DNA of 64,000 nt. It comes from an uncultured Verrucomicrobiae bacterium. GTDB lineage: Bacteria > Chlamydiota > Chlamydiia > Chlamydiales > Rhabdochlamydiaceae. Below are positions 1 to 10,300 of the stretch, in pieces (the first letter of the stretch is position 1; each line of letters opens with the position of its first letter). The stretch spans positions 960,001 through 1,024,000 of the forward strand of contig OY970364.1 of the NCBI GenBank assembly GCA_963718565.1, given 5' to 3'. Below the pieces are notes generated by a model. The model was not told the DNA's origin. It saw only the letters and a list, made by a program, of their open reading frames with translations, and did no database searches. The position numbers were made by a program, and so were the translations under genes.

Positions 1-97
1 CAATAGAGGATCAAGCAATGAAACGAGATTAAACCAGGAAAATTACGCAATTTTTACGCATTCAGAGAATGTTTTGATAGTCTTTTCATAAAAGAAA

Positions 98-1147
98 TTA
101 ACAAAATGTGATCGTTTTTAAAGAGCCATCAATTTTCACATTACCACCATTTGGAATAATTATTTGAGGATCGGTATGACCAAAGTTCATGTTGAAGATG
201 ACAGGGATAGCAACATCGTAGTCCTGTAGTGCACTTTTTACCGCCTTCTGCTGATTCACGATAAAGGCGCCTCTACCTTCGGGTGGTTGTTTATCGCAAA
301 ACTGTGCCTTTGGATACGCCATCAAAATAGCTTTAAAATTCTTCAGCAAACCTATTTCAGCTAAAGCTGCAATAAAACAGTATACCAATTCTTGCGCAGG
401 CATTTCCTCAGAAGTCTCAATGAAAAGCACTGTACCATCCAGTTTTTCAAAATCAGGCAAATATTTTCTAACCGATAAATGGAAAGAAAGAACTTCAAGA
501 CATCCTCCCCAAAGTCGCCCTTGAATTATGCCCTGTTGATCGTTATGCCAAACCCATCCGTCGCTTGGGTACGTAGGACGCTTTTTGCTTAAATTCTGTT
601 TGTCGCCCCAATCTAAATCTGCATCACTATATTCAGAAGCCGAGAATACTTGTCCAACTGGGGGATCAAACACAGCCTTTCTGATTGAATTTACCGTATA
701 CTCTTGCATACCTCCTCCCATGGCAAATTGGGTCATTATTGCTCCGCCATAGTAAGAAATAATACCCAGATTCCACAGAAACACATGCAGATTTGTGCAG
801 TCGCTATACCCCATGAAGATTTTTGGATTCGCGGCAATCACTTTCTTATCCAAATAGGGAAGAATCCTGATTTGATCATTTCCACCTATCGTTGCAATAA
901 TGCCTTTGATAGATGGATCGTCAAACGCATGGTTAATATCATCCGCTCGAGCTTTAGGATTTTTAGATAAGTACTCAGGACTTTGACGAGCGGTAGGAAA
1001 CTCGATAGGTTCCAGTTGAAATACTTTTCTAAGTCGATCTAACCCTTGTTCATATACCCAAGGAAAAAGAAAAGGCATCCCGGAAGAAGGAGAAATAATA
1101 GCCACTTTGTCATGAGGCTTTAAAGATAACGGCTGTCGAAATATCAT
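98..1147 (-). CDS. S66 family LD-carboxypeptidase / MccF-like peptidase
   Basis: Motifs IISPSSG, IGGNDQIR, GYSD (catalytic Ser), GRLWGGCL, LFIETSEE and FGHTDP (His). Confidence 0.9.
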   Translation of the reverse strand: MIFRQPLSLKPHDKVAIISPSSGMPFLFPWVYEQGLDRLRKVFQLEPIEFPTARQSPEYLSKNPKARADDINHAFDDPSIKGIIATIGGNDQIRILPYLDKKVIAANPKIFMGYSDCTNLHVFLWNLGIISYYGGAIMTQFAMGGGMQEYTVNSIRKAVFDPPVGQVFSASEYSDADLDWGDKQNLSKKRPTYPSDGWVWHNDQQGIIQGRLWGGCLEVLSFHLSVRKYLPDFEKLDGTVLFIETSEEMPAQELVYCFIAALAEIGLLKNFKAILMAYPKAQFCDKQPPEGRGAFIVNQQKAVKSALQDYDVAIPVIFNMNFGHTDPQIIIPNGGNVKIDGSLKTITFC

Positions 1148-1252
1148 TAGTTGCTTTCCTTCTTCTGTTTTATTTTTTTACCTTCTGAATTAGAACCTGT
1201 TTAACTCAAGCTCAATTTACCCACAGCTTGTGGGGAAATTACTATCCACTTT

Positions 1253-1666
1253 CTAGAGAAACTTTCGCAAGTAATGAAACGAAGTACCGTGCTTATATCC
1301 AGAGCGGGTAAACTCCAACTCAAACCCCATTTTCTGATAGAAATCAAGAGCCTGAAAGCTCATGGTTTCAACGAATGCAAAAGGGCATGCTTTATCACGG
1401 CCATATTTTAGAGCGTATTCCATAAGCCGAGCACCCACTCTTTTTCCTCGGTATCCGTCATCAACATAAATATATTTTACATGCAAAGCTCCCCAGAAAA
1501 GCTCCACAACAATTGCACCAGCAAAACACCCTTGGTCATCGGCTATAAAAGCCACGGGATCAAATTTCTCATCATGTCCTATCATTGAAATGGCATGCCT
1601 ACTAAAGCCCTCGTAGATTAGCTTCTTTAAATCCTCAGTTAAACACTGTTGCCTTACTTCAATCAT
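1253..1666 (-). CDS. GNAT family N-acetyltransferase
   Basis: Acetyl-CoA motif YRGKRVGARLM and ETMSFQALDFYQKMGF. Confidence 0.9.
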   Translation of the reverse strand: MIEVRQQCLTEDLKKLIYEGFSRHAISMIGHDEKFDPVAFIADDQGCFAGAIVVELFWGALHVKYIYVDDGYRGKRVGARLMEYALKYGRDKACPFAFVETMSFQALDFYQKMGFELEFTRSGYKHGTSFHYLRKFL

Positions 1667-2718
1667 AACTCTCTACCCCTCCCTTACCCGCACCATCAAG
1701 GTCATTAAATTCCTTTTCAAAATTTTCGATCGTTTTTAGAATCAATTCCCAATCCGGTACCTCTCTAAAAAACATGGCCTCCATCAGATGATAATCCTTT
1801 TCAAGTTCTGTAAGAACTCTTGGAGGAGGAAAAAGCTTTAGAGTTTTCTTTCGAGCTGTTCCATAGTTCGCCCAGCTTGATGCAAAGTAGATGCTTTTAT
1901 GGATTGCAACTCGTTCAAGTAGAGCTGTCTCAATAAGTGCTTTTTCTTTGATTTCAGAATTTAGCAAACGAAAAAAATCATAAAAATGCCTTGAAATTCG
2001 CGGTGGAAGTTTTTTATCTTCCGGTAGATGCGCATATTGGTGAAGGATTGTCGCTTTCTCCCAGAAAGTTCGTTCAGCATTCAACACTCGAACCCACGTT
2101 TCAGACTCATGAATTTTCTCCTTCAACGCCTCTTTAGCATAGCTCTGTATTTTATGTTCACTGACAGGCCAATGTTCTGATCTTGCACCAATTTCGATTT
2201 TCACAAGCGGTCGAATGTATCCAGCTTTTGAAGTCTCGCTTGGATATTCAAATAGCAGTGTTTGAGCATCTGGGTCTTCTAGGTCGCAGAAAATTCTCCA
2301 ACCGCTGGAAGTTCCTAAGCTTTGTACCAATAGCATCTCTCAGATCATTTAACATCTCAGTTTGCACATAGTTGGAGCAAGCTTGTGAAAGATTATCTAG
2401 AATCGTTCTTTGTTTCTTTTTGGAAGGCGCATTTTCAGGATCGCTGGGGGCTTTAAAACCAAAGAATTCTCTTTCAATTGAAAGATCAATATCTTCAGAA
2501 AACCGGTCAATTAATCCATATGCTTTTGAAAGTGAAGTGCCTCCTTTGAAGGTAAGGTGAGTCTTCATTTTTGCTAACGAAAACAGCCTTTCCAAAACCC
2601 ATACAACCCAATAGTCTTTCTCAATAATTTCGAACGGCATGTGCATGATCTCTGCTGCTGTTCTAAAGAACAGTGCACGTTCTTCTTTAGATAAAAGGTG
2701 GAGATGGATTTCATTCAT
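1659..2718 (-). pseudogene. AbiEii-type nucleotidyltransferase toxin (type IV TA), split by a frameshift near 2316
   Basis: 5' ORF has EKDYW, FKGGTSLSK and RFSEDIDL; 3' ORF has KIEIG, ERTFWEKATILH and RHFYD; frames join at ...GTKL|GTSSGW... Confidence 0.85.
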
Positions 2719-3323
2719 GGATCAAACCCCATAATTTCAAAAACAATGGCTCGTATCCACGCAGGAGCAAATTTCATATTTTGTCTAATTTCTTTTTCAT
2801 TTGAACCATTGAGGAATTTTGAAATTTGCGCACGAGCTATCTGATCAATGTGATCTTTTCCTAAATTTTTCAAGGCTTGAATCAGAAGACCTTCTCTAGT
2901 TCCGGCAGAAGACATGACTTTTTTAGTGGCCTTTTTAAAAATGATTTCTTGATTGCCAATTTTGACTTTCCTTGAGGGACCTTCTGTTAAAAAGATAATT
3001 CGACCGGGAACCTGTACAGAAAGGCCAACTAAATTTGCAGCGTAAGCCCCAGCTGGTTGAATTTGAACTCCATTTTTTTCCGCAATTGCTTTCGCAACCT
3101 CATTCAAATCTGGAGGGATTAGACCCAATAAATCATGCGTTTTGGGATAGTCATAAATACCTTGTGCAAGCCGTCGAATGACATTTTGTTTTTGAAGCTG
3201 TGAGAGAGCCTTGCGAATAGAAGCATCGCTACCCAGATCTGAAAAATGCATTGGGGTAAAACACCACCCTCGGCCGTGATCGATAATCCTATTTTTCACC
3301 GCGATTTCAATACTTTGGCCCAT
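2715..3323 (-). CDS. AbiEi-type antitoxin / transcriptional regulator (DUF6088-like)
   Basis: N-terminal winged HTH (IRKALSQL...IRRLAQGIY), GAYAANLVGLSVQVP; 4-bp overlap with the toxin gene. Confidence 0.85.
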   Translation of the reverse strand: MGQSIEIAVKNRIIDHGRGWCFTPMHFSDLGSDASIRKALSQLQKQNVIRRLAQGIYDYPKTHDLLGLIPPDLNEVAKAIAEKNGVQIQPAGAYAANLVGLSVQVPGRIIFLTEGPSRKVKIGNQEIIFKKATKKVMSSAGTREGLLIQALKNLGKDHIDQIARAQISKFLNGSNEKEIRQNMKFAPAWIRAIVFEIMGFDP

Positions 3324-3339
3324 TTTAACCGCCTTTATT

Positions 3340-3420
3340 TTTCACAAAAATAGCATCTTTTTGTGAAATCATGCAACAGGATTATCATAAATTTCACAAA
3401 CATAGCATCTTTTTGTGAAT
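3340..3420. promoter_or_regulatory. Two 29-bp palindromic operators upstream of the AbiE operon
   Basis: TTTCACAAAAA-tagcatc-TTTTTGTGAAA (3340-3368) and TTTCACAAACA-tagcatc-TTTTTGTGAAT (3392-3420). Confidence 0.8.
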
Positions 3421-3948
3421 GACAGACTAATCTAAGCCTCTTATTTCCAAATAGATATATTAAATATTCTTCACCCTCCAAAAAAGTCTGTTGGCTATTT
3501 ATAAAACTAGGGGCACCTCAGTAGTTTTACTACAGCTTTGTCTCGTCTAGTGCGTAAAATTTGCGTAATTTTCAGTTATGCACTCAATTTTTTGGCGCAG
3601 TTTTTTTGATGAATTTTGTCTATGAAAATTGAGCGATTTTTCAATCTTAAAAAGATAGAATACTCAACCGTGTTCGATTCTCATAGCCTTATAGTTGCAT
3701 TGCCCTGATATTCAAGGTTAAATAGATATTGCTATGAACGAATTACGCACTTCTTACGCATTACAAGAATGTTTTACCATACCCCGCTGCAAGGATTCCA
3801 GAGGACGATGCTAAATCTCAAAAAAACGCGTTGTTAAAATTCCTATCCTTATATATCATCGTATTTAACTGTTTTTAAGACACTTACAATATCTTGTGTT
3901 AAACTTTTGACGCTACGGATGTTAAAGATCGACGGGAGGGGATGTTAA

Positions 3949-5106
3949 ATGACAAAGGCTGAATTTAAACACTATGACTTGACCTTGGTAGAGCCTACTT
4001 TTGACTCTCCCTTAACGGACCTTATTATCGATTTGAACCATCTCCGGAAAAAACGTTTAGATGGGACGACTCCTTCCCAGATTTTTTTCAACCTCAAGAG
4101 CATTTTCCATATGCTGGAGAGCATCGGCTCGGCGCGCATCGAAGGAAATAACACTTCGCTTCTTGAGTATATAGAGACCAAGCTGGAAGAGAAGGTTGAT
4201 GTGCCTATGGGAGTTAAAGAGATCCAAAACATCGAAAGTGCCATGGATTTCATTGAAAACAACGTAAAAAAACATCCGATCAATCGAGCTTTTGTCAGCG
4301 AAATTCATAGGATGGTTGTTGAGGGATTACCTACTTCACCAAAAGGGGAGGGAGATAAAACCCCAGGTCAATACAGGAAGTCAAATTTACAAATTACAAA
4401 ATCTAAGCATCTGCCGCCAGAGTGGGTACTCGTCGATGAATACATGAACGAATTATTCGACTTCATCAATCAGGACAGCGGCGTAAAATTCGATCTGTTA
4501 AAAACAGCGATCGCTCACCATCGATTCGTATGGATACATCCATTTGGCAACGGCAATGGACGAACGGTGCGTTTATTCACTTACGCAATGTTGATTAAGC
4601 TCGGCTTCAATGTAAATGTAGGGAGAATCATCAATCCTACAGCCGTTTTCTGTAATCACCGAAACAATTACTACAAGTACCTCGAGCAGGCTGATACTGG
4701 AGAAAAATCGGGCATTCTGGCTTGGTGTGAATACGTGCTCCGCGGCCTAAAAGAGGAGATCGAAAAAATTGACAAGCTTCTCGACTATGACTATCTGGCC
4801 AAGGAAATTTTGGTACCCACAATCAACCACTCTCTCGAAAGAAAATATATCACCGATATCGAAGCAAAAATATTGAGAATGGCTATCGAGAAAAAAACAA
4901 TCCAATCAAGTGACTTGAAAGAGATCTTTCAGGGAAAGCACGGCGCAGAACTGTCTCGACAAATCAAGAGGCTTGTGGATAAGAAAATGCTTCAACGCAT
5001 CGGCTTCAAAGACTACGTTATCAGTTTCGGCGACAACTACTTGCTTCGAGGCATCATGAAGGTGCTGGGAGACAAGGATTTTCTGCCTCACCTCGATGGA
5101 AAATAA
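3949..5106 (+). CDS. Fic family protein
   Basis: Fic motif HPFGNGNGRTVR and inhibitory-type motif SARIEGN. Confidence 0.9.
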   Translation: MTKAEFKHYDLTLVEPTFDSPLTDLIIDLNHLRKKRLDGTTPSQIFFNLKSIFHMLESIGSARIEGNNTSLLEYIETKLEEKVDVPMGVKEIQNIESAMDFIENNVKKHPINRAFVSEIHRMVVEGLPTSPKGEGDKTPGQYRKSNLQITKSKHLPPEWVLVDEYMNELFDFINQDSGVKFDLLKTAIAHHRFVWIHPFGNGNGRTVRLFTYAMLIKLGFNVNVGRIINPTAVFCNHRNNYYKYLEQADTGEKSGILAWCEYVLRGLKEEIEKIDKLLDYDYLAKEILVPTINHSLERKYITDIEAKILRMAIEKKTIQSSDLKEIFQGKHGAELSRQIKRLVDKKMLQRIGFKDYVISFGDNYLLRGIMKVLGDKDFLPHLDGK

Positions 5107-5288
5107 AATCACCAACTCAGTCGCCGATACAAATCCCTGAAATAACACATATAAATCTTACTCATCTACAATTAAATTGTTTAATTAACACAAACAATTA
5201 CAAACTCCGCTCAGTAATTCCCGCTTAAATTTTTTCGTATATACTAGTATACTGCTTTTTCCGGAAAAATTTTCGTAAAGAGCAGTTT

Positions 5289-5797
5289 ATGAAGCACCGT
5301 CCTCACCAAAAAGAAAAAAAAGCATTATCTGTATCAGGTCTTCTCGGCACCGTTAGGAATGTATTCGCTCAAATATCGAGCGTTATTAAAAGCAAGAAAA
5401 TCAGTTTGTCCGACTCAAAGATCTTGGGTATGATTTCATAGTTGTTGCAAAGCCTGAAGGCAATCGCAGTCTATACGAATTCGTCAGAGGGATTAAGAAG
5501 GAACTCAAAATGACTGTGGGCAGAAACAGGCATACATTTTGGTACGCGAATAATGTTCCTCTGAATGAGACAAAAAATGCCCCGAATGTGAATTTTTTAG
5601 AATGTGAATGGGAAGAAGTTCGAAGGGTTAAGGGAAAAACAATTCAGAAAGGTCATTGCGGCTGGGCAATAAGCCACGAAATCACGGTTAAAAATATTTA
5701 CGAATTAATGCACGGAGGGCGCGCCCGATGGAAAATTGAGAATGAAACTTTTAACACGCTCAAGAACCAGGGCTACCAATTCGAGCACAATTTCGGC
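5289..5797 (+). pseudogene. Degraded DDE transposase (ISNCY-like)
   Basis: Fragmented frames; GRARWKIENETFNTLKNQGYQFEHNFG, cut off at the intron 5' end. Confidence 0.7.
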
Positions 5798-6270
5798 GTG
5801 CGACACGAGGCTGTCCACGAAGTTGCTTAGCAATAAGCCATCTGTACTACCAGATGAATCTAGGGGTCTGAATAAAGAGCGATCCTGACAACGTAGTGAA
5901 AGACCGAAAGGTTTGGGGAACGAATTGTAAAACAAGGTCCCTCCTGCAAACCACAAGGCGGGTGAGCGCTAGATAGTGAGTAAGGCGAAAGAATTTGAAT
6001 CCGTGTTTAAAGATCGTTATGTGTAACAAGCGAAAGTGGTTGCTACACTTGAGCCAAAATGGCAAGGAAACGAGTGAGACACGAACTGAATATGTCCACG
6101 TAGTTCAATGTTTCCCGGTTGAGAGCGGGCGCCTAACCTCACACATACTTCAAGGATGGAACGTGGAAACCTCATATTGCTCCGTTTTTTTTTGAAAGCG
6201 AAGACAGCTCGTAAGAGATGTCGACAGCAATATGAGATTGAGATGTCGGAAGAAGCAAATGTCGATTAGG
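5798..6270 (+). mobile_element. Group II intron 5' fragment (domains I-III; no RT ORF, no domain V seen)
   Basis: Starts GTGCGACACG at a codon boundary; EBS1-like hairpin gtgtaacaa...ttgctacac; GGAACGTGGAAACC junction; 11-bp stem 6171-6181/6226-6236. Confidence 0.7.
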
Positions 6271-6451
6271 CATGGGATACGATTTCACTAAGAACACCTT
6301 TACCATCGAACCCTTTGGTTTACTAGATTGGGTGAATGAATGGGATCCGAGCTATTCAGAGAAAGAAGCGGCCCCCTACAACATGAGGATCTCTGCTACA
6401 GTTCGAATCAATTCTACGGAAAAATTGGATATTCTTTTTGATGAAAGCAAC

Positions 6452-7540
6452 TCACTTAAACTTTAATTTGCCATATTTCAAAAGTGCCAAGTACAAATAC
6501 GTTAAATTATTTGGATGGGTAATATTGGTCAATGCAAACTCACGTGAGTTTTGCGCGATTGTTTTTGCTTGAGATTCGTTGTGAATGGCCCATTGAATTT
6601 TTCCGATCAAATCACTGAGATCGGATTCAACGGGAACGTAATGCACCCAGGGAGTTAATTGATTGTAATACCACTGAATCCATTTGGAATTGGGTTTAAA
6701 CACTAATGAATTAGTAAAAAATTTCCATCCCGAAGCTGAATATGAACTTGCATTTCCGTCAATTAAGATATGATATTTGTAATTGAGCTGATCTTCAAAG
6801 CTAATTATTTCTCCCTTAAATTGTTCGAGATAAGAGACTGATTCTGCAAATTGTGCAAAAATTGTAAATCTTGCATCGACAAGTTGCGATTGCTCATAGG
6901 ATAATTCACAGAGTTTTACTCTTGACAATTGATGAAAATTACTATTTGTGATCGCAACACCCTGCGCTGTTGAGCCTCTCCATATCATCATGGGAATTTT
7001 AGATTCCCAAGGCAATGCAAATTGTGTGATATCCATATTATGAAGCACTTGATATCCTTGACTTAAGGCATCAAAATCTGGAATTAAAATACATTGTTGA
7101 CCCATGCTTTTGCACATCGCAAAAAGAGGGATCCCTCCTAGAACATTTTCCGGTATCTCAACTCCATCTGCCAAGGAAATTAGAAATTCCATATCCGGCA
7201 ATTTGAAATCACGGACAAGCTGTACAATAGCATTGTAATAGCTAGTGATTCTATGATTAAGAAAATGATCTTTGGGGATTTTTGTTTTAAAAAAAACAGT
7301 TCCATCATCAATAACAAATTTTATGAGCAGCCAATCATTTGCTCTTTCTTGAAACAATTTATTTAACTTTTTTATAGAGATTTTTTTATGTTTGTAAACA
7401 CTGAAATCTTCCCTAAGTTGTCTTGTCATCCAGGCCGGAGGATTGCGAATTGATTTTTTTAGATCCGATGAATAGCAATGAACCTGAAGAAGAAAAACTA
7501 AATAAATTGCAAAACTAAAAATTATGGACTTAATGAGCAT
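6452..7540 (-). CDS. Glycosyltransferase family 90 (CAP10/Rumi-like) protein with N-terminal anchor
   Basis: PWESKIPMMIWRGST, YKYHILIDGN and LTPWVHYVPV; the upstream ORF extension is a palindromic repeat. Confidence 0.85.
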   Translation of the reverse strand: MLIKSIIFSFAIYLVFLLQVHCYSSDLKKSIRNPPAWMTRQLREDFSVYKHKKISIKKLNKLFQERANDWLLIKFVIDDGTVFFKTKIPKDHFLNHRITSYYNAIVQLVRDFKLPDMEFLISLADGVEIPENVLGGIPLFAMCKSMGQQCILIPDFDALSQGYQVLHNMDITQFALPWESKIPMMIWRGSTAQGVAITNSNFHQLSRVKLCELSYEQSQLVDARFTIFAQFAESVSYLEQFKGEIISFEDQLNYKYHILIDGNASSYSASGWKFFTNSLVFKPNSKWIQWYYNQLTPWVHYVPVESDLSDLIGKIQWAIHNESQAKTIAQNSREFALTNITHPNNLTYLYLALLKYGKLKFK

Positions 7541-7542
7541 GT

Positions 7543-7602
7543 TATACTGCGCCCGCTTAGGTTTTGCGAATTTTGACTCTGCGAGACGAAGCAAAATCGA
7601 AA
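7543..7602. repeat. Family B palindromic element, partial copy (one end)
   Basis: TATACTGCGCCCGCTTAGGTTTTGCGAATTTTGACTC... matches one end of 62692-62863. Confidence 0.85.
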
Positions 7603-7769
7603 TCAGAAATTTACGACACAAATGGACTCTGTGGAGATTTGAATAACTATATTTCAACTTTTCGTGTACGCAAAAATATTGCTGTGGGCAGCAAGTCACC
7701 AAAACATGTTCATGGAACAGAAGAGGTATTCATCGTCCTCACAGGAGAAGCCTGCCACAAACACAAAAC

Positions 7770-8162
7770 CTAAGCACGTGACACATCGGAAAGAATTGAT
7801 GCGAAACTTTCGATTCTATCTCGATCTTCATTCTCCTTATCGCTCTTTAAGTAGATTTCTAGCAGGTAAATTTCATCGAATTCAGGCAAGTATGCATAGA
7901 TCAAGCGAATGCCGGATCTCGCTCCCTTTCCTTTCAGCGCCTTGCAAGCAAATTTCTTCGCCTTATACATCTTCGGCGATTCAAAGCCCAAATTGTCTAT
8001 AGGAAATATCCCGTTATTGTCTGTCTGCAACTTATGATAGGCGTATAGCTGAGCTTTAACAAACACTTCCAAATCTTCTTCAAGAGAGCGGTATTTTTTG
8101 AGCAACTGCTTCAAATCCTTTGAAAACCCCTCTCCTCTCGTGACTTTTTTAAAATTGCTCAT
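7770..8162 (-). CDS. RelE/ParE-like toxin
   Basis: FSKDLKQLLKKY...KGKGARSGIRLIYAY...LLEIYLKSDKEN; overlaps the antitoxin stop. Confidence 0.75.
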   Translation of the reverse strand: MSNFKKVTRGEGFSKDLKQLLKKYRSLEEDLEVFVKAQLYAYHKLQTDNNGIFPIDNLGFESPKMYKAKKFACKALKGKGARSGIRLIYAYLPEFDEIYLLEIYLKSDKENEDRDRIESFASILSDVSRA

Positions 8163-8931
8163 CTTCTACACTTCTCACACTGTATTCCGAGGTTCGATAA
8201 AAAACGGTTTCATAATCAATAACCCCCATATCTTCTGTCACTTTCCATGGAATATCTCCGTGAGAATATTCGCTTATTTGAGAAGCATTTTTATCGCCTA
8301 AACGATTCAAAACTTCATCAATCAACACAAGTTCTTTCGCCAAAAGAGCGTCTAAGCGAGCCGCGCGAAGAGGTAAATATTTCTTCTGCTCTTTTTGAAA
8401 GAACGAGCTCTTCACCTTTTCAATTTCCTGACTTGCAATCATGTCATTGACGATACTCACAAATTCAACAGGAGTCGGACCATAAGTATTTTTTCTGTAA
8501 GTCGCGCCAATCAGTTGTTTCTCATATTTTTCATAGAAATCAAAGTCTATGAAATACAATATCTTATAGAGAACAGTTTCTCCTACATTGGACTTAGCGC
8601 CGATCTTGTTGAGAACATAAAGCAACACTTCTTTGAATTTTTGCAGATTTTTTGCAGGCACATTAATTCTCATGGCTTCCACCGCCCTTTCCTGCGGATA
8701 GATCTTTTCAAGATTTACTTTATCCAGAGCAATGCGCCCCAAAAGTTGATCCGAGCTCACACCAAAAACATCAGCAAAACGCCCTAACTCTTCTGCCTTA
8801 ACCTGACGTCGACCATTCTCAATACCCGAAAGTGTTTCGCGACTTAAATCCATTTTTCGAGCAAGCTCATCCTGCTGCCATCCTTTCGCTTCTCGCAGCT
8901 GTCGGATTCTCTCACCTAAGACATCACTCAT
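8149..8931 (-). CDS. XRE-HTH plus DUF4065 (SocA/Panacea) antitoxin
   Basis: N-terminal HTH_3; LYKILYFIDF, YGPTP and ISEYSHGDIPW Panacea motifs. Confidence 0.85.
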   Translation of the reverse strand: MSDVLGERIRQLREAKGWQQDELARKMDLSRETLSGIENGRRQVKAEELGRFADVFGVSSDQLLGRIALDKVNLEKIYPQERAVEAMRINVPAKNLQKFKEVLLYVLNKIGAKSNVGETVLYKILYFIDFDFYEKYEKQLIGATYRKNTYGPTPVEFVSIVNDMIASQEIEKVKSSFFQKEQKKYLPLRAARLDALLAKELVLIDEVLNRLGDKNASQISEYSHGDIPWKVTEDMGVIDYETVFYRTSEYSVRSVEDEQF

Positions 8932-9097
8932 TAGAACCTCTCCTTCAAATATATACCCCTAATCATACAATATGTAAGGTTTTCGCACAATACTGCGTAA
9001 GGTTTTGCCGACACTAAAGCCTTTTTTTGAAATGCGTAATTAGAGATATAAACCTTCAATAACATCTTGATATACAGATTCATAGGATTATTAAGCC

Positions 9098-9122
9098 GAG
9101 AGGGTTCGGTTCTCCACCTCCA
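9098..9122 (+). other. Putative attR: degenerate tmRNA/tRNA 3'-end fragment
   Basis: GAGAGGGTTCGGTTCTCCACCTCCA, preceded by TGCGTAA motifs at 8994 and 9033. Confidence 0.45.
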
Positions 9123-9253
9123 ATTGGCTGGATGCGCTAGGCATCCAACCTCTATTTAAGAATCCATAATTTTTACAATGAGCACGTTGCGCTTGTTTCT
9201 GTTGTGTATAAGATGATTTCTCCATCCGCCATGACCCAACTCCAGCATCTTCA

Positions 9254-9435
9254 GAGGGAATTGCAAAACTCCTCGCCAGCAGAAAATCGATGATTTTGGC
9301 ACTTGTTGCCAGAACCCGCACAGCGGGTTCGGTTGGCGGCGGCGAAAACATACTTGGATAAGTAGGAGAGCCGCCGCCAAGACGACAGGTGGCAAAAGCG
9401 CGATTTTATGCGGCGAAGAGTTTTGCAATTCCCTC
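9254..9435. mobile_element. Family A MITE, 182 bp, complete
   Basis: TIR GAGGGAATTGCAAAACTC; 4-bp target duplication TTCA. Confidence 0.9.
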
Positions 9436-9436
9436 T

Positions 9437-9913
9437 TCATATTAAAGATGCGATCAACATCCAACAAGCCATAGCTCCCATCCCGATATCTTCAGATAAC
9501 GTAACTGTAGAAAGGGGCACGTCCAGAACCGTTCCCATACATGCACAGCGAACATTTAATCCTTGTCTTAACGCTCGGATTACTCCGATTGCTCCCGTTC
9601 CCATGACCAATATAGTTATAACATAAGTAACTACAGGACTGACGAAAGAAAGATAGGACAGACCTAAACCAAGTTCAATAAATGGATAGAGATAAGCATA
9701 GCCTGAGAATTTTTTCGCTACTAAATCATACATCTGAAACCCGTTAGCAAAATCTCTCGTGTGAAACAGTTTTAACATTGCAAATGTGCACAGAAAAAAA
9801 CCCATAAAAAAATGCATCCAAGCAAAAACGCCTTTTTGCACACCATAAGTCAAGGCCACAGCTTCTAAGGCGGCAATCAAAACAAGCGCAAATAAAGGCC
9901 AATATCGTTTCAT
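9437..9913 (-). CDS. MauE/DoxX-like membrane protein
   Basis: FMGFF...YDLVAK...YPFIELGLG...CACMGTVL. Confidence 0.8.
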   Translation of the reverse strand: MKRYWPLFALVLIAALEAVALTYGVQKGVFAWMHFFMGFFLCTFAMLKLFHTRDFANGFQMYDLVAKKFSGYAYLYPFIELGLGLSYLSFVSPVVTYVITILVMGTGAIGVIRALRQGLNVRCACMGTVLDVPLSTVTLSEDIGMGAMACWMLIASLI

Positions 9914-9937
9914 TTATCTTCTGCTACAATGTAATGT

Positions 9938-10300
9938 TTAAACGACGGTAAAGAGTCCGTGATCAAAGTGCTCTCCACACCAATAGGGATTGTCTATGCT
10001 CGTATCCCCACTTTTTTGATAATAAAGCATTCGTCCAACCTGAGAAATATCCCCTAGGAAAATCCCTGTAGAGGGGCCGATCAAATTGATTTTATCCATC
10101 ACAACCTTTCCCATGGCAGACATCAAAGTTCCAAGCTCAAGATATCCACTCTGCAATTCTGTTTCAACAGGCCATCGATTTTGTGGACTTTCTGGAATAA
10201 AGGCGTAGTAAGAAACTTTGAGATCATCCACAACCCATTTCCCATCGGGTCGCTTAAATTTTTCTTTTCCTTTCTCATAACCTAAGAATAAATCCGCTCT
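9938..10300 (-). pseudogene. Fragment of a 2OG-Fe(II) oxygenase
   Basis: GRMLYY...WCGEHFDHGLFT (HxD motif); truncated at both ends. Confidence 0.55.

Noticed and set aside
9091..9467. ORFs such as 9156-9467, 21903-22367, 58925-59191, 60898-61149 and 62713-63026
   Set aside because: They are mostly translations of the MITE sequences and not independent genes.
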